A stretch of 64,000 bases of DNA from Poseidonia sp. (GTDB lineage: Archaea; Thermoplasmatota; Poseidoniia; Poseidoniales; Poseidoniaceae): contig CBFIDD010000001.1 in assembly GCA_965661285.1 (NCBI GenBank), forward strand, positions 64,001 to 128,000, in the 5' to 3' direction. The notes beneath the pieces were generated by a model that was not told the origin of the DNA, made no database searches, and saw only the letters and a list, made by a program, of their open reading frames with translations. Positions 38,091-47,667 of the stretch are shown here, one piece after another (positions within the stretch are counted from its first letter, which is position 1; the number at the start of each line of letters is the position of its first letter). A program made the translations under genes and the position numbers.

Positions 38091-39446
38091 ATGGTGGAAC
38101 TGCCGGCCCCCGGATGTCGTATCAAAACGCGAATCACCACCCTCAACGAAACGGTGGAACACGTTGGTCTTGTTCTTCCACCTGCGGAACCAAACCACCT
38201 CTCCATCAAACTCGACAACGGCTACAACGTCTCCTACCCGGTTGACACTGTGGAGGCGTGGGAGGAACTCGAACCCCGTGAGAGACCCGCACCTGGTGAA
38301 TTGCACCAACCGGAGGAGCGTGAAGAGCTCCCAAGAGTACGGCTGATTCACACCGGCGGCACCATCGCCTCAAAGGTGGACTATGCCACGGGGGCTGTCG
38401 AGGCGAAATTCGAACCCGAAGAATTGCTTGATGCCATCCCAGAACTCGCTCAAATCGCTCGTTTGGACGTCGTCAAAATTGGCAACATGTTCAGCGACGA
38501 CATTCGGCCGCAACACTGGAACATTATGGCAGAGGCCTGTGCCGACGCCTTTTCAGAGGGCTGTCGAGGCGTGGTCATCGCCCACGGAACGGACACGCTT
38601 CACATCTCATCTGCCGCACTCAACTTTGCTTTTGCAGGCCAAGGAACGCGCCCCGCCGGGCCCATCGTGATGGTTGGCTCGCAGCGTTCAAGCGACCGTG
38701 GGTCATCTGATGCCACCGAGAACTTGCTGGCGGCGGTCCACTGGGCCGCGACCGGACCGCTGCCCACCGGTCATGCCGGCGATGCCGTAGCGGTGGTCAT
38801 GCACGACACCCAAAGTGACGGCGTGATGGCGGTCCATTCCGGCCTCGGTGTTCGCAAAATGCATTCCTCTCGGCGAGATGCCTTCCAGGCGGTGAACTGT
38901 CAGCCACTCGCCAAGGTAGCGCTTCACCCCGAGGGCTTTGACACGACCTGCTTGCCGTGGTACGAGGAAGCGCAACGAGAGTCTGAACAACGACCCGTCG
39001 CCGACCGACCAACGAGCTACGAGCCCGGGCAACGCTTCGCCCAATTCATTGCGGGTCCGTGGCTGCATGCAGAGCACGTTGAGGCCGTGGTGAACACCGG
39101 TGTCCAAGGCGTGGTTCTTCACGGGACCGGGCTTGGGCATCTTCCCATTGACGACACTCAAAAAGACGCCCCCGAAAACGCCCTTTTGTGGCGTACTCTG
39201 ACGCGATGTGTCAACCGTGAATTACCGGTCCTCGTCGTCAATCAATGCATTCACGGACCGGTGGACATGAACGTGTATTCCAAAGGCCGAAAGCAGCAAG
39301 CCATGGGGCTCTTGGGCCACGGCGTGAACTCAACGCCCGAAGCGATGACGGCCAAACTCCACTGGGTCTTATCACAAAACACGGACATCAAGAAGGCGCT
39401 GGCCTCGAATTTGTGCGGTGAACATCGAACGTCCTTGTGGGAATGA
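38091..39446 (+). CDS. gatD: Glu-tRNA(Gln) amidotransferase subunit D
   Basis: IKLDNGYN, HTGGTIAS.VDY.TG, HGTDT, GSQRSSDRGSSD, KMHSSRRDAF, GTGLGH, MNVYS.GR. Confidence 0.93.
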   Translation: MVELPAPGCRIKTRITTLNETVEHVGLVLPPAEPNHLSIKLDNGYNVSYPVDTVEAWEELEPRERPAPGELHQPEEREELPRVRLIHTGGTIASKVDYATGAVEAKFEPEELLDAIPELAQIARLDVVKIGNMFSDDIRPQHWNIMAEACADAFSEGCRGVVIAHGTDTLHISSAALNFAFAGQGTRPAGPIVMVGSQRSSDRGSSDATENLLAAVHWAATGPLPTGHAGDAVAVVMHDTQSDGVMAVHSGLGVRKMHSSRRDAFQAVNCQPLAKVALHPEGFDTTCLPWYEEAQRESEQRPVADRPTSYEPGQRFAQFIAGPWLHAEHVEAVVNTGVQGVVLHGTGLGHLPIDDTQKDAPENALLWRTLTRCVNRELPVLVVNQCIHGPVDMNVYSKGRKQQAMGLLGHGVNSTPEAMTAKLHWVLSQNTDIKKALASNLCGEHRTSLWE

Positions 39447-39484
39447 GCGCTTGAATCAAAAACCGAGTCGGATGTGAGGAGTTC

Positions 39485-41047
39485 GTGGACAACCAAGTCA
39501 ACGAGGCGCTCGAAGACCTCCGAGCCAAGCGAGAAACCGCTCGGCTTGGCGGCGGTCTCAAGCGCCAGGAAGCCATTCGCTCCAGCGGTCGTGGGACTGC
39601 AAGGGACCGGATTGGACTGCTGCTCGACGAAGGGTCGTTTCTGGAGGTTGACACCTTCGTCACGCACAGAACCGATGACCACAACATGTTCCTCCACCAA
39701 ACCCTCGGCGACGGTGTTGTCACTGGACAGGGCACCGTCGAGGGACGCAGAGTGTACTGCTTTGCCCAAGATTTCAGCGTTCACGGCGGAAGCATGGGCG
39801 AAATGCACGCTCTAAAAATTGCAAAAATCGTCGAAATGGCCGAGCGCGCAAAAGCGCCCCTTATCGCCATGTGGGACGGTGGGGGACAGCGCGCCCATGA
39901 CGGTGTGAATGCGTTGGCAGGAACGGGAGAAATGCTCGACCGCCTTGTCCAGTGCAGCGGACGCATCCCGATGATCAGCGTGGTCCTCGGCCCCGTGGTC
40001 GGTGTCTCGGCCCTGGCCGCGTCGCTCTCAGATTTCACCATCCTCGGTGAAGAGCACGGCCAGTTATTCCTCTCTTCACCCCTTGAAACACCAGAAGTCA
40101 TCAGCGGCGAAGTCGACGCAGCCGGCCTGGGTGGTGCGAACCTCCACGCCTCGCGTTCCGGTATTGCCTCACTCATCGCAGCCGACGAAGAGGACGCCTG
40201 CGAGTTGGCTGCCACCGTCCTCTCCTACCTGCCCGACCACAACATGGCCGACCCCCCGGTGTTCCCCACCGCCGACCCTACGAATCGCCTGAACGAAACC
40301 CTTCAGGACATCGTCCCGGACAACCCCAACAAACCATACGACATGGTGAGCGTCGTTGAGGAGGTCGTTGATGACGGGGTGTTCATGGAGTTGTTCCCCT
40401 CCTATGCCGACAACATCATCATCGGCTTTGCAAGAATGAACGGCTCAACCGTGGGCATCGTCGGCAATCAACCAAAAGTACTCGCTGGCTGTCTCGATAT
40501 CGATGCCTCCATCAAAGCCGCACGCTTTATTCGAACCTGTGATGCGTTCAACATCCCCCTTCTCACCTTTGAGGACGTTCCCGGCTTCCTTCCGGGTGTT
40601 GTTCAAGAATGGGGCGGCATCATTCGACACGGCGCCAAATTGCTGTTTGCCTACGCCGAAGCCACGGTGCCAAAACTCACGTTGGTCACCCGCAAAGCCT
40701 ACGGTGGCGCCTACCTCGCCATGTCGTGCAAACACCTGCAAAGCGACTACAATGTGGCATGGCCCACGGCTGAACTCGCCGTCATGGGGGCCGAAGGTGC
40801 GGTGAACATCATTCATCGAAGGGAAATTGGCGCCGTACCGGATGAGGAAAAGGAAGGCGTGCGCCAGCGGCTGGTCAACGAATACAAAGCCAAATTCGGC
40901 GACCCGTATGTGGCGGCTCGCAACGGTTGGCTGGACGATGTCATCGAACCGCAAGAAAGCCGACTTCGACTCTGCAGGGCGCTGAACATTCTCAAGTCAA
41001 AACGCGAGTGGTCCCCGCCGAAAAAACACGGCAACATTCCGCTGTGA
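39485..41047 (+). CDS. pccB: Acyl-CoA carboxylase carboxyltransferase (beta) subunit, PccB-like
   Basis: GDGVVTG.G, QDF.V.GGS.G, DVPGFLPG..QE.GGIIRHGAKLL.AY.EATVP, RKAYGGAY, KKHGNIPL. Confidence 0.85.
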   Translation: MDNQVNEALEDLRAKRETARLGGGLKRQEAIRSSGRGTARDRIGLLLDEGSFLEVDTFVTHRTDDHNMFLHQTLGDGVVTGQGTVEGRRVYCFAQDFSVHGGSMGEMHALKIAKIVEMAERAKAPLIAMWDGGGQRAHDGVNALAGTGEMLDRLVQCSGRIPMISVVLGPVVGVSALAASLSDFTILGEEHGQLFLSSPLETPEVISGEVDAAGLGGANLHASRSGIASLIAADEEDACELAATVLSYLPDHNMADPPVFPTADPTNRLNETLQDIVPDNPNKPYDMVSVVEEVVDDGVFMELFPSYADNIIIGFARMNGSTVGIVGNQPKVLAGCLDIDASIKAARFIRTCDAFNIPLLTFEDVPGFLPGVVQEWGGIIRHGAKLLFAYAEATVPKLTLVTRKAYGGAYLAMSCKHLQSDYNVAWPTAELAVMGAEGAVNIIHRREIGAVPDEEKEGVRQRLVNEYKAKFGDPYVAARNGWLDDVIEPQESRLRLCRALNILKSKREWSPPKKHGNIPL

Positions 41048-43801
41048 TCATTTCAATCGGTTCGCTCGCTCCAAGAGCCCGCCGCTGCTGCGCGCTGTTA
41101 GCTGCTCGGTTTCCGGCGCAATTGAGACATCCTCCTCTGAAGTGCGAGGTCCTCGGCTGCGTGAAAACATGACAACTGCAGCCACGAGCACAGCGAGAAG
41201 AGCAAGACCAGCACCAACCAAGAGTGCACCGGCGGTTCCACTGGATTCGTCCTCGACGGTTTCGCCTTGACCGCCGTTGGTGGTGTTGCCCAGCGTGGGG
41301 TCAAACACGAAGGTGGAGACGACGCTGCGTTGGAGTTCGTCGTCGTAGACTTCCAATTTGATGGTCTTTGATGTCGACGAATCATCGCTGATGGGAAGCA
41401 GCGTGACACACTGATAGACGCCGCTGGTACTGCTCAGGCAGGAATGGTTCACATCCACCACCGCATTATCCACCGAGACGATAGCGTCGGTGTTGACAAC
41501 ACCGTCGACATCGGTGACCGACCAGTACATGTTGGCAGTGGAGCCTCCAACGCCCTGAACGGATTCGATGGCGACAAACGGAAGGTCGGGCACGGGTTCA
41601 ACCGTGAGCGAAATGGAAGCGCTGTGGGTCGATGTACCGTCAGAAACATTGAGCCACACCCCGTTGATGACACCAAAGAAATCCAGGCTGGGCGTGAAGA
41701 CCATCGAGCCGTTCACTTGCGAAACAACAACATCCGATGTGATGTTTTCCAAGGTCCACGCCAACGGGTCGCCGTCAACATCGTAGGCCATGGCTGACAA
41801 ATCCAAACGCAGGGCTTCATCTTCGGCCAGCGTGAGGTTGCCCCAGGCAGAGGCGTTGACGACCACCGGGTCGTTGATGGGATTGACCACGACCGGTATT
41901 TCCAGCATGAGTGAGGGATTGACGCCATCCGAAATCAACACCTGAAGCACCGTTGCTCCATGCTCGTTCGGGAGTGGCGTGATGGTGATTTCCTCGCCTT
42001 GAATACTGTAGCGAACGGGCGACTGAAGGCCGGTTTTCTCGTCGCCAATACGAACATCAAGTTCTTCGCCCTCCGGGTCAGAAACCACCTGACGGATGTT
42101 GTACGACACGCTAGGACCGTCTTCGTCCATCTCCTGAATCGCAACCGTTCCGTCCTTCACGGGCGGGTCGTCAACCGGTGTCAGGACAACCCGCAGTTGA
42201 GTTGAAGCTTCATCCAGTGTCAAACCATCACTGCGAAGCACGAGGTCCACCTTGCACTCTCCTAGCCATTCCTCATCAACCGCATGATTGACGACGAGGG
42301 AGCGTCCATCTTCGGCGATGCTCACGCCAAAGTGATTCGCATCAACCCCCGAGAGACTGGCGGTCATGAGACGAACGAGTTGCCCGTCCGGGTCAACGGC
42401 AATCTCCGATGCGTTGATGGATTTCTGACCGTGCTGGGGCACGTACACCACCGGCTTTGGCGAAAGGAGTTCAAGGGGTGTGTTTTCTCGCAACACCGCG
42501 GTGGTGAAGAGACTGGGTGCACCCTCCACCTCAACCCTCATCCAGGCCTTCTGAAGACCTGGGGCGACGGGTGCCAAGGGGTAGTCACAGCCGGCAGTAC
42601 CGTTTGCAGACAGGGAGGGCGTGGCCTCCCACGGACCGTTGAACCAACCGCAGGTGATGTTCACATCCCACCCCGCAGGAAGGTCAGCGAAGGTGGTGCC
42701 GTCCCGTAGCGTCCAGTTGAGTTGGATGTTGAGGGTCTCGGTGCCGTTGACCGAAGTCGAGGCGTTATGGCTCAAAGCCTGCGAAGACCACCGAAGAAAG
42801 GATGCGTCCGTCAAGTCTTCATCGACATAGGCATCAGGATCGCTGACCGTTCGAGGCCCCTCGCCTCGATTCAACGCGTCGCGGAATCGGCTATGATCGC
42901 CGTGAAGAACGGTGTCCAAATACGCAACGACATGGCTGGATGTGATGGAGATCTGTGCTGTTTGGCTCATCGTGGCATCGCCGTCGCTTTCAAAGAAATT
43001 CTGGCTGTCCTGGAATTGGTAATGATTGGCTCCCAAAAGGTGCATCCAATGCCACGCGACGCCTCCGTTCGCTTCCACGCGCTCCATCGTGTCCTGCGAA
43101 GGGGCGACCTCGTCAACGGTTCCCGTGATGAACAATCCCGTATTGGGTGTTGGTGGATTTGGCGTGGCAATGTCTGACCACGTAAAGCCCTCTTCCAACC
43201 CCTCGAGGTTGAGACCGAGACCCACCAGACCTCGTGGAGGATGGGTGGTCTGCGAACGCTCGGTCAAGTCCCAAAACGGAAAGGCAAGGTAGGCTGCGGC
43301 CGCACCCAAACCGTGACCTCCGACCGCCCAGTGGTCGAGGTCAATGTTCCCAGTGCTGCCCATCACGTGCAGGTTGCTTTGGTTCTGCTGGTCCATGATT
43401 TCAACAATATCGGTGAGCAATTCAAGGGTCTCCTCGACATCGGTTTCCTCTGAGACAGGGCCGGTGACGACCACGATGAAACCACGCTTGACCAGTTCAT
43501 CGGTGAGCAGCGTGTAACTGTCAACGGATTCACCGCTGTCGCCGATGAAGACCACCCACGAAAACGGACCGTTGCCCGCCATGTCCTTGTCCTCACCGTC
43601 AAACATGGCCGGGTAAACCATCCTGACCTCGGGCGAAAATGGGCCGCCGAGACGGAACTCGGTCCAACCTACGGGGAAATCAACGCCTGCGTGGCTTTCT
43701 TCGAAGTCCATACCTTCCTCAAGCAAGGCGTGCACAGAAGTGGATGAAAGCAGGAGGATGACGACGCACGTCAGCATTGCGTGTAGCCGGACCACGCTCA
43801 T
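41048..43801 (-). CDS. Membrane-anchored protein: chlorophyllase/cutinase-like alpha/beta-hydrolase domain plus cadherin-like Ig repeats
   Basis: Signal peptide; YPA...GPF, GFIVV, GGHGLGA elbow, GTVD, GANH.QF; DED/DPEG/PVDDPP/PINDP cadherin-like motifs; C-terminal TM. Confidence 0.78.
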   Translation of the reverse strand: MSVVRLHAMLTCVVILLLSSTSVHALLEEGMDFEESHAGVDFPVGWTEFRLGGPFSPEVRMVYPAMFDGEDKDMAGNGPFSWVVFIGDSGESVDSYTLLTDELVKRGFIVVVTGPVSEETDVEETLELLTDIVEIMDQQNQSNLHVMGSTGNIDLDHWAVGGHGLGAAAAYLAFPFWDLTERSQTTHPPRGLVGLGLNLEGLEEGFTWSDIATPNPPTPNTGLFITGTVDEVAPSQDTMERVEANGGVAWHWMHLLGANHYQFQDSQNFFESDGDATMSQTAQISITSSHVVAYLDTVLHGDHSRFRDALNRGEGPRTVSDPDAYVDEDLTDASFLRWSSQALSHNASTSVNGTETLNIQLNWTLRDGTTFADLPAGWDVNITCGWFNGPWEATPSLSANGTAGCDYPLAPVAPGLQKAWMRVEVEGAPSLFTTAVLRENTPLELLSPKPVVYVPQHGQKSINASEIAVDPDGQLVRLMTASLSGVDANHFGVSIAEDGRSLVVNHAVDEEWLGECKVDLVLRSDGLTLDEASTQLRVVLTPVDDPPVKDGTVAIQEMDEDGPSVSYNIRQVVSDPEGEELDVRIGDEKTGLQSPVRYSIQGEEITITPLPNEHGATVLQVLISDGVNPSLMLEIPVVVNPINDPVVVNASAWGNLTLAEDEALRLDLSAMAYDVDGDPLAWTLENITSDVVVSQVNGSMVFTPSLDFFGVINGVWLNVSDGTSTHSASISLTVEPVPDLPFVAIESVQGVGGSTANMYWSVTDVDGVVNTDAIVSVDNAVVDVNHSCLSSTSGVYQCVTLLPISDDSSTSKTIKLEVYDDELQRSVVSTFVFDPTLGNTTNGGQGETVEDESSGTAGALLVGAGLALLAVLVAAVVMFSRSRGPRTSEEDVSIAPETEQLTARSSGGLLERANRLK

Positions 43802-43841
43802 CACATTGATGGCGACGCTGTGAATCAAAGAGTCTTCCCTT

Positions 43842-44840
43842 TCATGCATAGGAGGCCAGCACCGATTCGGCCTCGAGGAGCCGAGTCAACAGAAGCCCGA
43901 GACTTGGAAGCTCTGACGCCCGCTCGGGAGCCCACAAACGTCGCCAGCATGCCAAATGCTGCGCAACGAGAAGCCAACGACCGTCTAAGCCATCGTTCGT
44001 GATGGTCGCAACACGTTCGTCCGTATTTCCTGTCATCGGTGCGTAAGATGAATGGAGCACAAGGACATCGGCCTGCCCAGCGTACGTGTTGTCAAAATCG
44101 ACAACCACCGTCGGGTCGTCCTCTGTGATGCTGTCGGACCAAGGCCCCTCTTCCAACGAACGGCGACTCGGCAAGATAGAAATTTGGCCGCCGGCCGCTG
44201 ACCATGCGGCTGCGGTCGACCGAGCCGCACCGCCACCGCCGACCAAGCCAAGCACATGCTCGGAGGCTTCAACACCGTGATGCTCGAGAACGTGCACAAC
44301 GCCTTCGCCATCGACACCTGCACACCACCACCCGCGTCCGTCCCAACGGAGGGCATTGACGCATTTGTTCACCATGCAATCATCAACGGCAACGACGGCC
44401 CCGGAATCCAGTTGGTGCTTTAGCGGAGCCGTGAGGTTGAGCCATATCTCCTCCTCAAACATACGGGTAGGGAGACTCTTTGCGGGGGACATATGGTGGT
44501 CCACGGTCGTGTTGACGGGCTCCAAGAGCGGATGGCATGACGTTTGTTGTGAGGCAGTGTCAACGGCTTTTCTTAGCAAGGCCTTTGTTCGAAATTGCGT
44601 GAACAATGATTGGGTATAGCGCCAGGGGAGGGGTTCGGGAACAGCACCGGCATAGCCCCACGCAAGGGCATCTTGAATCGTGGAAACATCGACGAGTTCC
44701 ATGCGGAGATGCTTGTCATCCATCTTCAATCCAAGATGGCTCGCCACCAAAGCGGTCAACAACGGCGAGAGGCTATGGTCGACGGGTCGGCCCGCAATTC
44801 CGTATCGAATTGCTGCCATGGACCAACCACGGGCTTTCAA
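43842..44840 (-). CDS. aroE: Shikimate dehydrogenase-like protein (divergent)
   Basis: G.PVDHSLSP, NLTAPLK, VN...DGEG, GGGGAAR, DG..LLVAQ. Confidence 0.7.
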   Translation of the reverse strand: MKARGWSMAAIRYGIAGRPVDHSLSPLLTALVASHLGLKMDDKHLRMELVDVSTIQDALAWGYAGAVPEPLPWRYTQSLFTQFRTKALLRKAVDTASQQTSCHPLLEPVNTTVDHHMSPAKSLPTRMFEEEIWLNLTAPLKHQLDSGAVVAVDDCMVNKCVNALRWDGRGWWCAGVDGEGVVHVLEHHGVEASEHVLGLVGGGGAARSTAAAWSAAGGQISILPSRRSLEEGPWSDSITEDDPTVVVDFDNTYAGQADVLVLHSSYAPMTGNTDERVATITNDGLDGRWLLVAQHLACWRRLWAPERASELPSLGLLLTRLLEAESVLASYA

Positions 44841-44899
44841 CTCAAAAAGGCGACGAATGCCGTCTTAACCTTCAAGAGGGAGTATGGCGTAGCCATCCC

Positions 44900-45211
44900 A
44901 TGGGAAGAGCCGTTGGACTGATGACTGCTGGCCTTGGCACCTACATGACATTCAAGATGTGGGCTGAATTTCAAGACGCTCTCGGAACCGTCTTCGGCGC
45001 CTCATGGGGGATCATCATCGCCACCGTGGTGTTTTTGATTTACCAATCGAACAAAAACGATAAAGCCTACGAAGCGTCCTTCGGAGAAGCCATTCCAGCC
45101 TCCATCAGCAAGGGAAATATGGAGGCTGAAAATCCACAACCCTTGGTCTTCATCGCGGGTCTTTACGTGTTCATTATCGTGATTTTCGAGATCCTGCTCG
45201 CAGCCGTGTGA
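44900..45211 (+). CDS. Small membrane protein (about 3 TM)
   Basis: Hydrophobic segments; TATA-like element ~25 nt upstream; first gene before nfeD-flotillin. Confidence 0.65.
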   Translation: MGRAVGLMTAGLGTYMTFKMWAEFQDALGTVFGASWGIIIATVVFLIYQSNKNDKAYEASFGEAIPASISKGNMEAENPQPLVFIAGLYVFIIVIFEILLAAV

Positions 45212-45223
45212 GGATGAACCCTC

Positions 45224-45508
45224 ATGCCCGGACTCATGGAGGTCTTTATCCTCAAAGACCGAGTCAACGGCAACAGAGATAACATCTTTCTGATCCTGTT
45301 TGAGAAGGCCTTCATTCTCATCTCCTTGCTTGTGGTCCTTCTGGTGGGTGTATCGCTCAATCTCCCTGCATGGGGCGTAGGTGCGTTGGTGGGTGGAGCC
45401 CTCGGGCCCATCGTGTACGGACACTACTACGTCATTTACATCAGACCTGTGAAAAAACAGCAGAAGATTGATGTGGCCAAGAAGCAAGCAAAGAATAAGA
45501 GGCGATGA
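45224..45508 (+). CDS. Small membrane protein (2 TM, basic C-terminal tail)
   Basis: GAGGATG SD, two hydrophobic helices, Lys-rich tail. Confidence 0.65.
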   Translation: MPGLMEVFILKDRVNGNRDNIFLILFEKAFILISLLVVLLVGVSLNLPAWGVGALVGGALGPIVYGHYYVIYIRPVKKQQKIDVAKKQAKNKRR

Positions 45509-45509
45509 T

Positions 45510-46142
45510 ATGGTGCTTGGATTCTCAACCATTCTGGAATTTTTCGGGCTTGAAGGCATTGAAGGCATTGATGTGTTCTTTGCTGCGATGGCGATCATCG
45601 GGACGGTCTTGTTTACCATTTACTTCATTCTCGTCCTCATTGGCGGCGTTGCCGACGGTATTGCGGACGCCATCCCGTTCTTCGACGTCAGTTTCGAGAT
45701 GGATGCGGAAGGCGTCTTCCACATGCTTACCATCCAGGGCCTCTTGAGTTTCATGATGATGTTCGGCATCTTTGGCCTGGCTGTTTCACAAGGCGATTAC
45801 CCTGCAGGCCTTGCCATCGGCGCCGGCTCGATTGCCGGCCTGAGCTCCATGTGGATCGTCGGGAAAGTCTTCCAGGCCATCGCAGGATTGGAAACCGACG
45901 GCACCGTCGTGCACAACCAAGCCATCGGAGCGAAAGGCACGGTCTACCGAACGATTCGACCCGGCATCTCGGGCCAAATTCAAGTTGAGTTCCAGGACGC
46001 TCTACGAACGTGCGAAGCGGTCGCAGAGGACGAAGGCCTCACCATTGAGACGGGGAAATTCGTGGTTGTAACCGGGAACATTGCCGAGATTCTGGTCGTC
46101 AAGCCCCTCAAGGTCGCCGACGCGATGGCTGAGGATGAATAA
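45510..46142 (+). CDS. NfeD-like membrane protein (C-terminal OB fold)
   Basis: TM helices, then IGAKGTVY.TI.P...GQIQV...A......I..G..V.V; directly upstream of flotillin. Confidence 0.8.
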   Translation: MVLGFSTILEFFGLEGIEGIDVFFAAMAIIGTVLFTIYFILVLIGGVADGIADAIPFFDVSFEMDAEGVFHMLTIQGLLSFMMMFGIFGLAVSQGDYPAGLAIGAGSIAGLSSMWIVGKVFQAIAGLETDGTVVHNQAIGAKGTVYRTIRPGISGQIQVEFQDALRTCEAVAEDEGLTIETGKFVVVTGNIAEILVVKPLKVADAMAEDE

Positions 46143-46192
46143 GACTTCTCGCCGTGTTAAGTCTCTTAAAGGAGAACGGGCGTGGCTCAACC

Positions 46193-47578
46193 ATGATGGA
46201 TACACTTATTCTCATCGGCATCAGCCTGTTTGTGATTACCGTCCTCGCCACGGTTTACATTGCAACAAGCCGCTACAAGCTCGCACCCGCAAACAAAATT
46301 CTCGTCGTCTACGGTAATACCCAAGGCGCAGGTGCAGCAAAATGTTACCACGGTGGCGGAAAAATCGTCTGGCCGCTGGTGCAAAACTACGCCTTCCTTG
46401 ACCTCAAACCCATGACCATCAACATCAATCTTGAGCACGCTCTCTCGCAACAAAACATCCGCATCAACGTTCCATCAACCTTTACCATCGGAATCGACAC
46501 CAAGCCCTCCATCATGCAAAACGCAGCGGTTCGCCTGCTCAACCTCGACCAGGTGGCCATTGAAGACATGGCCAAGGAGATCATCTTTGGTCAACTGCGT
46601 CTTACCGTCGCCTCACTCACCATTGAGGAGATCAACGGGGACCGTGAGGCGTTCCTCAGCCAAGTGGTCAACAACGTGGACACCGAATTGCACAAGATCG
46701 GCCTCTACCTCATCAACGTCAACATCACGGACATCACCGACGAAGCCGACTACATCATGTCCATCGGTGCCAAGGCTGCCGCCCAAGCCATCGCTGCAGC
46801 CGATGTTGACCGAGCCAACGCCACCCGAGACGGTGCCGTCGGTCAGGCCGAAGCCGACCGAGCCCGTGAAATTCAGGTGGCCAAGAACCGTGCAGAATCC
46901 GACAAGGGTCAGAAAGAGGCAGAAGCCGACCGACGTGTCTACGTCCAACAGCAAGAATCCAAGGCCGTTGAAGGTGAAAACCTGTCCCGTGCTGAAATCG
47001 CCAGCTACAACGCCGACCTTGCTGAGAAAGAGGCCGAGGCCCTCAAGCGTTCGGAAGTCGCCAAGCGCAAGGCTCAGGTTGAGATTGAGAAGGCTCAGTA
47101 CGAGTTTGAAGGCCAGCGCCTGCGAGCCGATGAGATCGCCCGTGAGGAAGTCTCGAAGCAGCAAATCGAAATCGCAGCCGAAGCCGAAGCCGAACGCCAA
47201 CGCCGCATCGCCAAGGGTCAGGCCGACGCCACCCTCGCTGCTTACAACGCCGAGGCAGAAGGTCAGCGTGCCGTGCTCGAAGCGAAGGCCGAAGGATACG
47301 CCCGCTTAGTAGCCAGTGCCGGTGGCGATGCCAAGGCCGCTGCTACGCTGCTGATGGTTGAGAAGATCGAAGAATTGGTCGCTCGTCAAACCGAAGCCAT
47401 TGCCAACCTCAAGATCGACAAGATCACCGTTTGGGATTCCGGCAACAACGGCGGCGAAGGCGGAGCCACCTCGAACTTTGTTTCATCGCTCATCCAGAGC
47501 CTCCCACCCGTTCACGACGTCGCCAAGATGGCTGGCGTCGACCTGCCCGATTACTTGGGCACGATGAAAGACGAGTGA
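46193..47578 (+). CDS. Flotillin family (SPFH/band 7) protein
   Basis: N-terminal TM, RYK..P.N..LV.YG, GQLR...LTIEEIN.DR, GL.LINVNI.DI.D, Ala/Glu-rich coiled coil, IDKITVWD. Confidence 0.9.
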   Translation: MMDTLILIGISLFVITVLATVYIATSRYKLAPANKILVVYGNTQGAGAAKCYHGGGKIVWPLVQNYAFLDLKPMTININLEHALSQQNIRINVPSTFTIGIDTKPSIMQNAAVRLLNLDQVAIEDMAKEIIFGQLRLTVASLTIEEINGDREAFLSQVVNNVDTELHKIGLYLINVNITDITDEADYIMSIGAKAAAQAIAAADVDRANATRDGAVGQAEADRAREIQVAKNRAESDKGQKEAEADRRVYVQQQESKAVEGENLSRAEIASYNADLAEKEAEALKRSEVAKRKAQVEIEKAQYEFEGQRLRADEIAREEVSKQQIEIAAEAEAERQRRIAKGQADATLAAYNAEAEGQRAVLEAKAEGYARLVASAGGDAKAAATLLMVEKIEELVARQTEAIANLKIDKITVWDSGNNGGEGGATSNFVSSLIQSLPPVHDVAKMAGVDLPDYLGTMKDE

Positions 47579-47667
47579 GTTGGGTCGGGACCTGAGGTCC
47601 TGAAACCGGCTTCGGACTGAACCCCTCAAGCGAGGGTTTCAAAGACCCATTCTGCCGCATGCAGCCT

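Noticed and set aside
38091-39446. gatD without gatE as an anomaly
   Set aside because: The two genes are often unlinked, so absence from this window is uninformative.
46431-47309. 292-aa alternative-frame ORF inside flotillin
   Set aside because: Its Ser/Pro/Thr/Arg-rich translation is typical of an off-frame read of GC-biased codons.
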